From: a virus
Strand: one strand, 5' to 3'
IMG/VR virus record: IMGVR_UViG_3300017751_000011
Coordinates: 1 to 64,000 of that record
DNA: 64,000 bases
Shown: positions 35,623 through 43,871 of the stretch, one piece after another
Position numbering within the stretch: position 1 is the stretch's first letter
How the letters are laid out: every line of letters begins with the position of its first letter
Program-made: the position numbers and the translations under genes
Notes under the pieces: generated by a model
Seen by the model: only the letters and a program-made list of their open reading frames with translations
The model's database searches: none
What the model was told of the DNA's origin: nothing

Positions 35623-37041
35623 TCAAGTCAACAACACGTGTTGGTTAGCAGCACGAGTGATCAAGTTACACTCAGAACGGTAGTGGAACTTAGCCTCGTC
35701 CACGTCGTTCGTAGCGTGACCAAGAACACCGCCACCTTCCATCCAGTGGTCAAGCTCACGGCTGTAGCCGTTAACTTCTTTGAAGTTCATCTCCAAAGCA
35801 GGGGAGTGGTTACCAGACTTGGCATCCGCAACCGTGCGAAGAGGAACCATAGCACCCTTAAACGGCTTGTCATCAAACGCACCGAGCAAAGTAGGATCGC
35901 TCAAGAGCTTCCATCCGTGCTTGTGGAACGTGTAGCTACCTCTAGTAAAGCTCTTAAAGCCAAGCTTCACTGCCATGTCAGCGCTGTTGTTAAACGCACC
36001 GAACTGACCAGGAAGGCCAGCTGTAGTCTGTGTAGCGATACCAGCAGCCAGCATGTCGTCGATAGCGAGTGATGTAGCCGTGTCAACGTACATAGCGTAC
36101 TCCTGAGGAGCGCCCTGCTTGTCAAGCTCGAAAATCATCGTATCGATGTCACCGAATCCAGCACCGTCACCGAAGCTACCAGAGGTCGTGATACCACGCC
36201 TAGAGATAGCTTGGAAGTAACCCTCAGAACCAGTGACCTTGCCTTCGTTGAGGGCAATGCCGTCTGTGCCTCCTTGAGGGTTATCGACCGCCACTGAGGT
36301 TTGACCCAGCAACATCATCATCTCCCTTTGGTTCATGAAGCGCTTACGAGCGTCCATTTCACCCTTCACGTACCAACGGTATTCACCACCGCCAAGGTTA
36401 ATCCATCCGATGTTCGTGGCTTGAGAACCAGTTACGCGGAAAGACTCCTTAGTAATAAAGTATGGGTTGACGCGCTTAATAACCTCTGTCTGATAGAACT
36501 GGTCTGGCTGACCCGTTCCCTGAGCGTAGATGTTACCGATGATAGCCATCTGCTGAATACCAGCGTTAGTTGCCACGTTTTCTCCGTCAAGCCTCTTCAC
36601 GTCAACCTCTTCGTTGGCGTCGTCCATAGTGACCACAACATACCTAATTCCGTTTTCGTCAAGAAGAACGTCGTTAAGTCTGCAAGGGGCTGTAGCCGCA
36701 GTATAATCAGCAACGTGAATGTTTCCGATCTTAGCGTCACCGTCGTTCACAACGATTCCTTCAGAAGCGGTCGTGACAGTCTTGTGCAGACGGCCCTCCT
36801 CCCAGTACTGAACTTCGTCAGAAGTACCGCCAGAACGCTTAGCTCCAGTGAGTTCAAGGAATCCAGTAATACCCTGGTCCCCATATGTGTTAACCAAGAG
36901 ATCCCTGTTGTCAGGCTTGGTAACGTCGATCAAGTCTCCAATGGAGATGTACTTTGAAGGATCCGTTTTAAGGGTAGCCTTCAGGTTACTAGGTGTGGCT
37001 GCTTGACCAGCACCTGTACCATCTATGCTTATAGCACTCAT
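35623..37041 (-). CDS. major capsid protein (putative)
   Basis: A 472-aa ORF directly after the scaffold-like gene. Strongly GC-rich relative to neighbours. Followed by a hairpin. The call is positional only, with no motif support. Confidence 0.6.
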   Translation of the reverse strand: MSAISIDGTGAGQAATPSNLKATLKTDPSKYISIGDLIDVTKPDNRDLLVNTYGDQGITGFLELTGAKRSGGTSDEVQYWEEGRLHKTVTTASEGIVVNDGDAKIGNIHVADYTAATAPCRLNDVLLDENGIRYVVVTMDDANEEVDVKRLDGENVATNAGIQQMAIIGNIYAQGTGQPDQFYQTEVIKRVNPYFITKESFRVTGSQATNIGWINLGGGEYRWYVKGEMDARKRFMNQREMMMLLGQTSVAVDNPQGGTDGIALNEGKVTGSEGYFQAISRRGITTSGSFGDGAGFGDIDTMIFELDKQGAPQEYAMYVDTATSLAIDDMLAAGIATQTTAGLPGQFGAFNNSADMAVKLGFKSFTRGSYTFHKHGWKLLSDPTLLGAFDDKPFKGAMVPLRTVADAKSGNHSPALEMNFKEVNGYSRELDHWMEGGGVLGHATNDVDEAKFHYRSECNLITRAANQHVLLT

Positions 37042-37071
37042 AACTTAATGTTTTTGTTTGTTTTTGTTTGT

Positions 37072-38145
37072 TTAAAAAGACCAAGTAGAACTTCCTCCCA
37101 TCGCTTGTTTTAGCTGCGCAGTGAGACTGTCCTCTTGTGTAGGCCCACCTTGATTCGGGGCTTGGGTTTGTACGTTTGCCGCTTGACTCACAATGCCGCG
37201 CTGACCGTCTGCCATACCTTGTTGATATACAGACTGAACAATCTGTTCCATATTGTCAACTACCGCTCTATGTACATTAAGCTTATCGTAATCCCATGCA
37301 CCATCCTGTTGGACGTAAGGATCAAAGTACTCGTCAAGGCGAGTGTTTTTCTCCATCAACTCACTTCGGTATCTGTCGTTAAGACCGAACGTAAAGCTCT
37401 TTCCATTACCAAGGTCAAATTCAACCCCGTCTAAAGCTTGCGTCTCGGCCTCCATTGAGCTATACCACTGGTCGTCAAAAGGAGATTCAGATTCTTCGCT
37501 CTCTTGCACTTCTGGAGCTGAGTACCTATCTCTAAGTTCTTCAATTCCCTGACGTGCGTTTTGAGCGTCGATCTTCATTTGCAACTGCGAGAGATTAACC
37601 TCCTCCTCTGAGTGCAGATTTGGGTCGATCTTGTACTTACTGGACATAAGCGTAGACACCTCTTCTTGAGAAAGGTTTGGGTAATCAGATGCCATTTGGA
37701 CCTGAATAGCAGTCATGTCATCCATTTCGGATGGGTTTAGCTGCTGATATATAAACCAGTCTTGAGGTGAACGCCCAGTCTCAGATACAAACTCAGCAAT
37801 AGCTGAAATTCGTTCGTCAACATCGCTCTCTTGTTGCGCCTCAAAAAGATCATCCAAGTTGTTTACCTCCACACCAAGCCTTTCGCTTAAGTAGTTGGCT
37901 ACAGCCCCTTCAATATCTTCTTGAGAGTATTCTTCTTGAAACTCCTCTTCAGGAGCGTCACTATATTCTTCACTAATTTGTGCGTCAAACTCAGGCTCTT
38001 GCTCTTGCTGAACCTCTTGCTGAAGCGCTTCAGGTTCTTGAGCCTGCTGAGCCTCAACAACTTCAGATAAATTTGCATCATCCACAAAAGAAAAACTAGG
38101 GGCTTGCTGCTCCTGTCCTTCACTAGGGTTAATTTGCTCTTCCAT
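37072..38145 (-). CDS. scaffolding protein (putative)
   Basis: Highly acidic and Gln/Glu-rich (EEQINPSEGQEQQ..., QQEVQQEQEPE), immediately upstream of the capsid gene. The track start at 38163 is a TTG; the first ATG is at 38145. Confidence 0.55.
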   Translation of the reverse strand: MEEQINPSEGQEQQAPSFSFVDDANLSEVVEAQQAQEPEALQQEVQQEQEPEFDAQISEEYSDAPEEEFQEEYSQEDIEGAVANYLSERLGVEVNNLDDLFEAQQESDVDERISAIAEFVSETGRSPQDWFIYQQLNPSEMDDMTAIQVQMASDYPNLSQEEVSTLMSSKYKIDPNLHSEEEVNLSQLQMKIDAQNARQGIEELRDRYSAPEVQESEESESPFDDQWYSSMEAETQALDGVEFDLGNGKSFTFGLNDRYRSELMEKNTRLDEYFDPYVQQDGAWDYDKLNVHRAVVDNMEQIVQSVYQQGMADGQRGIVSQAANVQTQAPNQGGPTQEDSLTAQLKQAMGGSSTWSF

Positions 38146-38160
38146 AAATTTTATTTGATA

Positions 38161-38168
38161 CAAATATA
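38161..38168 (-). promoter_or_regulatory. late-type -7 box TATATTTG
   Basis: Exact octamer 15 nt upstream of the scaffold ATG, in the spacer after the upstream stop. Confidence 0.5.
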
Positions 38169-38176
38169 AATATCAA

Positions 38177-38557
38177 TCACTTACGGAACTTAGCTACCTT
38201 TTTCTTTATGTTCTTAGGCTGAGCAACAAACTGCTTACCCTCCTTCTTGCCCTTTGCCTTGGCCCTGTTTGTCGCGGCCTTTTCAGAAGATGATAGTGAT
38301 TTCCACGCGGCGTCAGGCAAGTATCTTCTTTTACCTTCTGATTTTTTCCCGCTAGAGGTCCGCCACTTTTGCTTGCTCCACTTAGACAGCTTGTTCCCGC
38401 TAGACTTCTTTCCAGAGTAAGTTCCCCCAGAACCCTTGTAGTACTTTACAGCTAATTGCATAGCCCGCGCAGAGTGCTTTCCACCCATCTTAGCCTTAGC
38501 CCTAGCCTTAGCTGCTGCCCATTTAGCGGGGTCTCGCTTTGTTGCTGTCTTAGCCAT
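38177..38557 (-). CDS. very basic Lys/Ala/Ser-rich protein (126 aa)
   Basis: KWAAAKARAKAKMGGKHSARA...KWSKQKWRTSSGKK...RYLPDAAWKSLS. Composition suggests nucleic-acid binding. Confidence 0.65.
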   Translation of the reverse strand: MAKTATKRDPAKWAAAKARAKAKMGGKHSARAMQLAVKYYKGSGGTYSGKKSSGNKLSKWSKQKWRTSSGKKSEGKRRYLPDAAWKSLSSSEKAATNRAKAKGKKEGKQFVAQPKNIKKKVAKFRK

Positions 38558-38735
38558 GATTAGCTACTTTAAACTTAGCTTTATCTACAGCTCCAGGGTG
38601 AGGCTTGTAGTCCCCCTTCATAAGGAAATAACGGCCCCGTTCTTCCATCCAGTGATATCCAGACGGAGGAGACACAGAAACAGTCTTTTTACTAACCTTG
38701 AGTTTTCCACCTTTGTTATACTTTACGGCGTTCAT
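38550..38735 (-). CDS. small basic protein (61 aa)
   Basis: MNAVKYNKGGKLKV... Overlap-coupled to both neighbours. Confidence 0.55.
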   Translation of the reverse strand: MNAVKYNKGGKLKVSKKTVSVSPPSGYHWMEERGRYFLMKGDYKPHPGAVDKAKFKVANHG

Positions 38736-38953
38736 TGCACTTGATTCTTTGCAAGCAGAAGTTTAATCTCCTGAAGCTCTTTAAGAAGAGTCTCAATGTT
38801 AGCCTTAAGCTCTCCGTTATCAGCCTCAAGGACTGTAACTCTAGACTTGAGAATTGTAAAATCGTTTTGAAACTTTAACCACATCCCTATTATTGCAGCG
38901 ATTATACTAAGTAGTTCAAATTGAGTTAGCGTATCCATTTTTAGCAATTCCAT
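38732..38953 (-). CDS. single-pass membrane protein with C-terminal coiled coil (73 aa)
   Basis: Hydrophobic LLSIIAAIIGMWL, then a heptad-like LEADNGELKANIETLLKELQEIKLLL. Confidence 0.55.
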   Translation of the reverse strand: MELLKMDTLTQFELLSIIAAIIGMWLKFQNDFTILKSRVTVLEADNGELKANIETLLKELQEIKLLLAKNQVQ

Positions 38954-39234
38954 TTTCTCAGTGCAAGTGCCTTACGAGTCGGTTTTCCATTGGGCTTTTT
39001 CATTGGCCCTTTGACGCCGCTCATACGAGCACAAAAACTCTTTCTCCTCTTTGCTGATTTACTTCCAGCTTTAAGCTTTGAGGGCGGGGTTGTTACAGCC
39101 ATTTTCAGCTTGCTTCCCGTCTCTTTATTATACTTGTTTACTCCAGCCTGCGTAAGCCCTCCTTTAGGATCTTTATGCTTCCCCATTTTAAGTCGGACTC
39201 GTCCGCCCTTCTTGTAAGACTTGCAAGCTTTCAT
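38941..39234 (-). CDS. small basic protein (97 aa)
   Basis: KKGGRVRLKMGKHKDPKGGLTQAGVNKYNKETGSKLK...RRKSFCARMSG...RKWNC. Confidence 0.6.
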   Translation of the reverse strand: MKACKSYKKGGRVRLKMGKHKDPKGGLTQAGVNKYNKETGSKLKMAVTTPPSKLKAGSKSAKRRKSFCARMSGVKGPMKKPNGKPTRKALALRKWNC

Positions 39235-39239
39235 AAATA

Positions 39240-39247
39240 CAAATATA
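39240..39247 (-). promoter_or_regulatory. late-type -7 box TATATTTG
   Basis: Exact octamer 5 nt upstream of the ATG at 39234. Confidence 0.5.
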
Positions 39248-39257
39248 GTAGTAAATA

Positions 39258-39524
39258 CTACTCTAAAATATCAGTGTCTAGAAAGTCAGATGAAGGCCAG
39301 TCAACTTCGTTTAACTGCACTTTAACCTCATCATGAGTATATGGGCCTAGATAAGGGTTTCTCGTTATTGGCGTGTAGTTATTGATATCAATCTTTATAA
39401 TAAAGTAAAGGCCGTCACTACGATACGAAAGTCTATCTCTCGACTCCAGAACCTTAGTAAAATCAATCTCATTGACGTCTAAAGAGTCAATAAAAAAATA
39501 TCGTCTTTCTTCAGGTATAATCAT
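39258..39524 (-). CDS. hypothetical protein (88 aa)
   Basis: ATGA-coupled to the LamG gene upstream. Confidence 0.55.
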   Translation of the reverse strand: MIIPEERRYFFIDSLDVNEIDFTKVLESRDRLSYRSDGLYFIIKIDINNYTPITRNPYLGPYTHDEVKVQLNEVDWPSSDFLDTDILE

Positions 39525-40522
39525 ATCGATCCGTATCTATCGACGTATGCGTCAAAGTTCTGTTCTATCTCTGCGGCAGACAACACCCTGTTATACATCA
39601 TTAGCTCATAGGTATTTGTAGACAAAGAATTAGAACTGACCCTTGGATTTCCATTGTATTGAGTGTTCAATGGCGACACACCATGATGCCAATACTGGCT
39701 CCCGTCTTTAATCTGGCTAGTAGTGTCATAACTCAGGTTTGCACTAGACCCGCTAAGATTACTCATTGCCCCCTGTGATGCGCTGGCAGTAAATGTTTGA
39801 CCATTAATATAACAGATAAGGTTATTACTTGAGCTAGAGGTTAAGTCAACGGTCATAGCAACATGGACCTTAGTGTTGGGCTTTAGTTCGTACTGACTTC
39901 GACTACTATTGTAATGGAAGTAAGTTGACATATTACTAGGAGGCTTTAGTCTAACAAGAGAGCCGTAGTAATTACTATGGTCAAACCCGTAAAGACCATA
40001 TCTTAGGAGTGTACCTCTGGTAGAGGAAGAATAAGTTTGCCTTCTGCGCCTACTTGCCAATCCACAATATGCGTCGCTTACTACATACCCCGTGCTTCCA
40101 TCTTCAGGAAAAGACAAGACAGCCATAAAGGTATATTGGTCCTGATCGTGGGTTTCACTACCACCAGAGGCCGAACCCGTTCCATAAAAATAGTCGGTTG
40201 AAGGGACGATTATTTCTCCATAGTCGTCTGCTCCATCAAACTGTATATAGTTGTCCCCTACGTTGGGTTCAGTCGGACCATTGTTAAGGGCCATGCTATA
40301 TCCGTTGGAGCTTATATCCGTCCAGGTACTTGGGCTTGTGGATGAGTTATAGCTGTTCTCATCTCCTGCATTAAAATGCATTTCCAATCCACTGCTTACA
40401 TAGTCCGTAAAAGACACTGATTCCGCCTCAACTCCATTAAATTTAGACACACTTGCTTTAGCAAGGCTGTTAATTTTAGCAACCGAGCTAAAGGCTAAGG
40501 CGTTTATTTTCTCAATACCCAT
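39521..40522 (-). CDS. LamG (concanavalin A-like lectin) domain fibre or receptor-binding protein
   Basis: WTDISSNGYSMALNNGP...YIQFDGADDYGEI and C-terminal MYNRVLSAAEIEQNF are the typical Laminin_G_3 start and end signatures. Confidence 0.65.
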   Translation of the reverse strand: MGIEKINALAFSSVAKINSLAKASVSKFNGVEAESVSFTDYVSSGLEMHFNAGDENSYNSSTSPSTWTDISSNGYSMALNNGPTEPNVGDNYIQFDGADDYGEIIVPSTDYFYGTGSASGGSETHDQDQYTFMAVLSFPEDGSTGYVVSDAYCGLASRRRRQTYSSSTRGTLLRYGLYGFDHSNYYGSLVRLKPPSNMSTYFHYNSSRSQYELKPNTKVHVAMTVDLTSSSSNNLICYINGQTFTASASQGAMSNLSGSSANLSYDTTSQIKDGSQYWHHGVSPLNTQYNGNPRVSSNSLSTNTYELMMYNRVLSAAEIEQNFDAYVDRYGSI

Positions 40523-43161
40523 TAAGCAATTTCAATGTAATCTGGAGAAGGATTTATGTAAATGTATCCGTTAGCCAAGACGTAGCCCACAACCCTTAAA
40601 AAGTCTCCAGTAGCAGAGGGAGCGGTAGTCGTCACAGTTCCTTCTGTCGTTCCTACATACAAAGTATCTCCAGCTGAAAATGAGTGAGCGTTACTTGAGT
40701 GTATACCCTTTACAAGAATGCCATCTGTGGCTGAAGAAGTTCCCAATGCAATGCCAAACAAACCTTTGGTCTTAGCTTCGACATCTGCGTCAGCAGCGAC
40801 CCAGCCAGAAGAAGTGTGAACATAGAATTTGTTCTGAACTAATGTGTCACTTCCAAATTTTACGACCTCCCCTTCCCAAGTGTTATTGGCATAAGCACTG
40901 CTCCTAGTGACAATTTCTATTGATTGGCCGTCTAGCTCGTTAGCTGCGGTAATAAATCCTGAGTCGTTCGACAGTTGCGAGGTAGCCGTGGGTATCGTTG
41001 TATCACCCTCTAACGCCGTACCCGCTGATGTGCCAAAACCAGGAAAGGTAACCTTCGCAGTGTTCGCCGTGATGGCGCTTGCCTGTCCTGACGTAATGCC
41101 CGTCTTGGCTGTGTTGGCGGTGATGGCTGATGCTTGTCCTGACGTAATGCCCGTCTTCGCAGTGTTGGCGGTAATAGCTGACGCCTGACCAGATGTGATT
41201 GTTGTTGTATCGCCCGACAACGCCGTCGAACTAGTTGTGCCAAGCTGCAACAATGTCGTGTCGCCTTCTAACGCCGTGCCTCCCGATGTACCAAAGCCTG
41301 GAAAGGTAACCTTGGACGTGTTTGCTGTGATAGCTGATGCTTGTCCCGACGTGATACCAGTCTTCGCAGTGTTGGCGGTGATTGCGCTTGCCTGTCCTGA
41401 TGTGATACCCGTCTTTGCCGTGTTGGCCGTAATCGCTGATGCCTGACCTGATGTGATGCCAGTCTTCGCAGTGTTGGCGGTAATAGCCGACGCCTGTCCC
41501 GCTGTTATCGTGGTTGTATTACCTGCCAACGCGGTCGAACTTGTTGTGCCAAGTTGAAGCAATGACGTATTACCTTCTAGCGCTGTGCCTCCTGATGTAC
41601 CAAATCCTGGGAAGGTGACCTTCGCTGTATTGGCCGTGATGGCGGTGGCTTGCCCCGAAGTAATACCCGTCTTGGATGTGTTCGCTGTTATCGCTGACGC
41701 TTGACCTGATGTTATTGTGGTGGTGTTACCAGCCAATGCCGTCGAGCTAGTTGTGCCGAGCTCTAGTAACGTAGTGTCGCCCTCTAGCGCTGTACCTCCC
41801 GTTGTCCCAAATCCAGGAAACGTAACCTTAGCAGTGTTTGCGGAAACCGCTGAAGCGTCCGTGTAACTGACCTTCGCGGTGTTTGCAGTAATGGCACTGG
41901 CTTGACTTGATGTAATGCCCGTCTTGGCTGTGTTAGCCGTAATAGCTGATGCCTGAGACGACGTTATTGTTGTCGGAGTATTACTTAGATCGTCGTAGTC
42001 GTTCGACAAGGCTACGTCTGACAAGTCACCCGTATTTGCCTTTGCTGCTAACGCGCTTACCAATCCAGTAATTTCACTTTGAGCGTGAGAGTGAGAGGCT
42101 GGAGTAAAAGAAGAAGGTATTCCAGAAAGGCTAGAATAGGCCCCATCAAACAATGAAGTGTTGCCCTCAAGGGCAGTCCCCGACGTCGTTCCAAATCCTG
42201 GAAAAGAAGTTTTAGATGAGTTGGCGTTAATAGCCAAGGCCTGAGAAGTTGTGATAGTAGTTGTGTCCCCAGCTAAAGCTGTGGAACTTGAAGTTCCAAT
42301 CTGAAGAGGAGTAGAAAACTCCAATGCGTTTCTACCTGCATTAACAACCAGAACTTGACCCGTAGATCCAAATCCAGACGGAGTGTCAGTAAGACCAATA
42401 AAAGTAGAACTACCTCCGCTGCCTCCACTTTGAGCTACAAACTCAAGGCCTGTTCCTCCAGAGTTTACGGCAAGAACCTGTCCAGACGTACCGAGAGAGG
42501 AAGGGACTTCCGCAAGGTCAGTGAGCGCCAAGGCAGACCCCCCTCCAGTGCCAAGATATATTCCGTCTTCAGCAATAAACCTCCCGTGAACAGTAAAAGA
42601 AGACTCGATGACCTGACCCGTTGATGCAGTAGCTGTAAAAAAATCTCTAGTAATGTTTGAATACGCTCCTGTTCCAACTATGGACCCAACATCAGCTCCG
42701 CTTGCGCCTGTTACCCTAACCTCAAGCCCAGAAGCTCCTTGACCAGCGCTTCTTGTTACATTAAGTTTTGAGTTGTTGTCGTCTACAATAAGCCTACCCC
42801 CTAGGCCTCTTGCCGCACCTTCGGTTTGGTGAGTAAAGATGGTTTCAGAAGATTTATCTGAAATGTCATCACCGATGACGTATGAGTCTAGTTCAGTTCT
42901 TGACTTTAGTATAGCAGAAACTTTGTCTGCTGTTTTTCGTGGAGTTGACGCAAGAGCATTGCCAGACTTATCCTTAAAGTCATCCCAAGAAGCCCTTACT
43001 ATAGTTTCCCCACCTTGTTTTATTGATATGGTGTTGTTTTGTAACAGAGCGTATATATCTCTAAACTCATCGATATCGATGTACTGCTGGTCAAACTTAG
43101 CTGCAGTGTTTGTAAGCTCCAGCCTTTTTGATTCTCCGTCTTTATATACTCTTATCTCCAT
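40522..43161 (-). CDS. tail fibre protein with nested tandem repeats (879 aa)
   Basis: Ser/Thr/Gly/Ala-rich. Many 17-aa units TGITSGQASAITANTAK are nested in longer VTFPGFGTSGGTALEG...LGTTSSTALAGNTTTIT units. Confidence 0.75.
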   Translation of the reverse strand: MEIRVYKDGESKRLELTNTAAKFDQQYIDIDEFRDIYALLQNNTISIKQGGETIVRASWDDFKDKSGNALASTPRKTADKVSAILKSRTELDSYVIGDDISDKSSETIFTHQTEGAARGLGGRLIVDDNNSKLNVTRSAGQGASGLEVRVTGASGADVGSIVGTGAYSNITRDFFTATASTGQVIESSFTVHGRFIAEDGIYLGTGGGSALALTDLAEVPSSLGTSGQVLAVNSGGTGLEFVAQSGGSGGSSTFIGLTDTPSGFGSTGQVLVVNAGRNALEFSTPLQIGTSSSTALAGDTTTITTSQALAINANSSKTSFPGFGTTSGTALEGNTSLFDGAYSSLSGIPSSFTPASHSHAQSEITGLVSALAAKANTGDLSDVALSNDYDDLSNTPTTITSSQASAITANTAKTGITSSQASAITANTAKVSYTDASAVSANTAKVTFPGFGTTGGTALEGDTTLLELGTTSSTALAGNTTTITSGQASAITANTSKTGITSGQATAITANTAKVTFPGFGTSGGTALEGNTSLLQLGTTSSTALAGNTTTITAGQASAITANTAKTGITSGQASAITANTAKTGITSGQASAITANTAKTGITSGQASAITANTSKVTFPGFGTSGGTALEGDTTLLQLGTTSSTALSGDTTTITSGQASAITANTAKTGITSGQASAITANTAKTGITSGQASAITANTAKVTFPGFGTSAGTALEGDTTIPTATSQLSNDSGFITAANELDGQSIEIVTRSSAYANNTWEGEVVKFGSDTLVQNKFYVHTSSGWVAADADVEAKTKGLFGIALGTSSATDGILVKGIHSSNAHSFSAGDTLYVGTTEGTVTTTAPSATGDFLRVVGYVLANGYIYINPSPDYIEIA
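41020..41990 (-). repeat. in-frame tandem repeat array (51-nt units nested in a higher-order unit)
   Basis: Near-identical DNA copies are visible, e.g. gtgatgcc(c/a)gtcttcgcagtgttggcggt(g/a)at(a/t)gc recurring every 51 nt. Confidence 0.8.
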
Positions 43162-43178
43162 TGTAAGTCAGCCTAATA

Positions 43179-43186
43179 CAAATATA
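43179..43186 (-). promoter_or_regulatory. late-type -7 box TATATTTG
   Basis: Exact octamer 17 nt upstream of the fibre ATG at 43161. Confidence 0.5.
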
Positions 43187-43192
43187 GGTGAT

Positions 43193-43870
43193 TTACACAG
43201 CTTGAGTTGAAAGGTTGCCGCTGTTGTCTACACCTAGCCTGTACTTTGTTCCGTTGGGTGAAGTAAGTACTACGTCCTCTTGAAACTCCACGTCTTGAGC
43301 GAAAACAGTCTCCCCCGAAATAGTTACTGTTGGGTACTGAACTATATTTCCTTGAGTTATGTCTATAGCGTCTACAGCAGTTCCTGTGCCAGCTCCGTTG
43401 TCTACTTTAACTTGTATCCTTCCGTAAGACCTGCCTCCTAGAGTATTTTCTGTGGTCTTTACATATGTGCCAGACTGAAACCCGATTAAAGCACTATTAG
43501 AGTCTAGGATAACAGCGCCTCCGTTGTCTACGTTTCCATTATGTACGAACTCAGTAGTCTCAGTCTTTCCCGCAGTTGTGTCTAATCTAACAGAAGTGCC
43601 TATATCTAAATTTGAAAGAAGTATATCTAACAGGGCCAAAATAACCTCCGTCCTGTTAGAACCTAGATCTTCCCCGTCTCTGTTTTTAAAACTACTGTAA
43701 ACAGAAGACTCAGAAAGGGTTGAGCTTGAGGTGTAAATTATTATGTTGTCAGACTCTTCGGGGTCTCCTATAACCCCCAAAAAATCATTGTTTTCATAAG
43801 ACTGAGTGGTTCCTGACGGGAATACAACTTTTATCGATCCGTTCTCTCTGTAAATTTTGTATTCGCTCAT
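43193..43870 (-). CDS. structural or fibre-associated protein (225 aa)
   Basis: ORF within the fibre block. Confidence 0.6.
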   Translation of the reverse strand: MSEYKIYRENGSIKVVFPSGTTQSYENNDFLGVIGDPEESDNIIIYTSSSTLSESSVYSSFKNRDGEDLGSNRTEVILALLDILLSNLDIGTSVRLDTTAGKTETTEFVHNGNVDNGGAVILDSNSALIGFQSGTYVKTTENTLGGRSYGRIQVKVDNGAGTGTAVDAIDITQGNIVQYPTVTISGETVFAQDVEFQEDVVLTSPNGTKYRLGVDNSGNLSTQAV

Positions 43871-43871
43871 C

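Noticed and set aside
36301-36957. 218-aa plus-strand ORF (also 35638-36072)
   Set aside because: Antisense to the GC-rich capsid gene, where high GC suppresses stop codons on the opposite strand. There are no start-site signals.
41020-41990. CRISPR array or diversity-generating retroelement target in the fibre repeats
   Set aside because: The repeats are contiguous, in-frame and coding, with no unique spacers. No Cas genes, reverse transcriptase or template repeat are present in the window.
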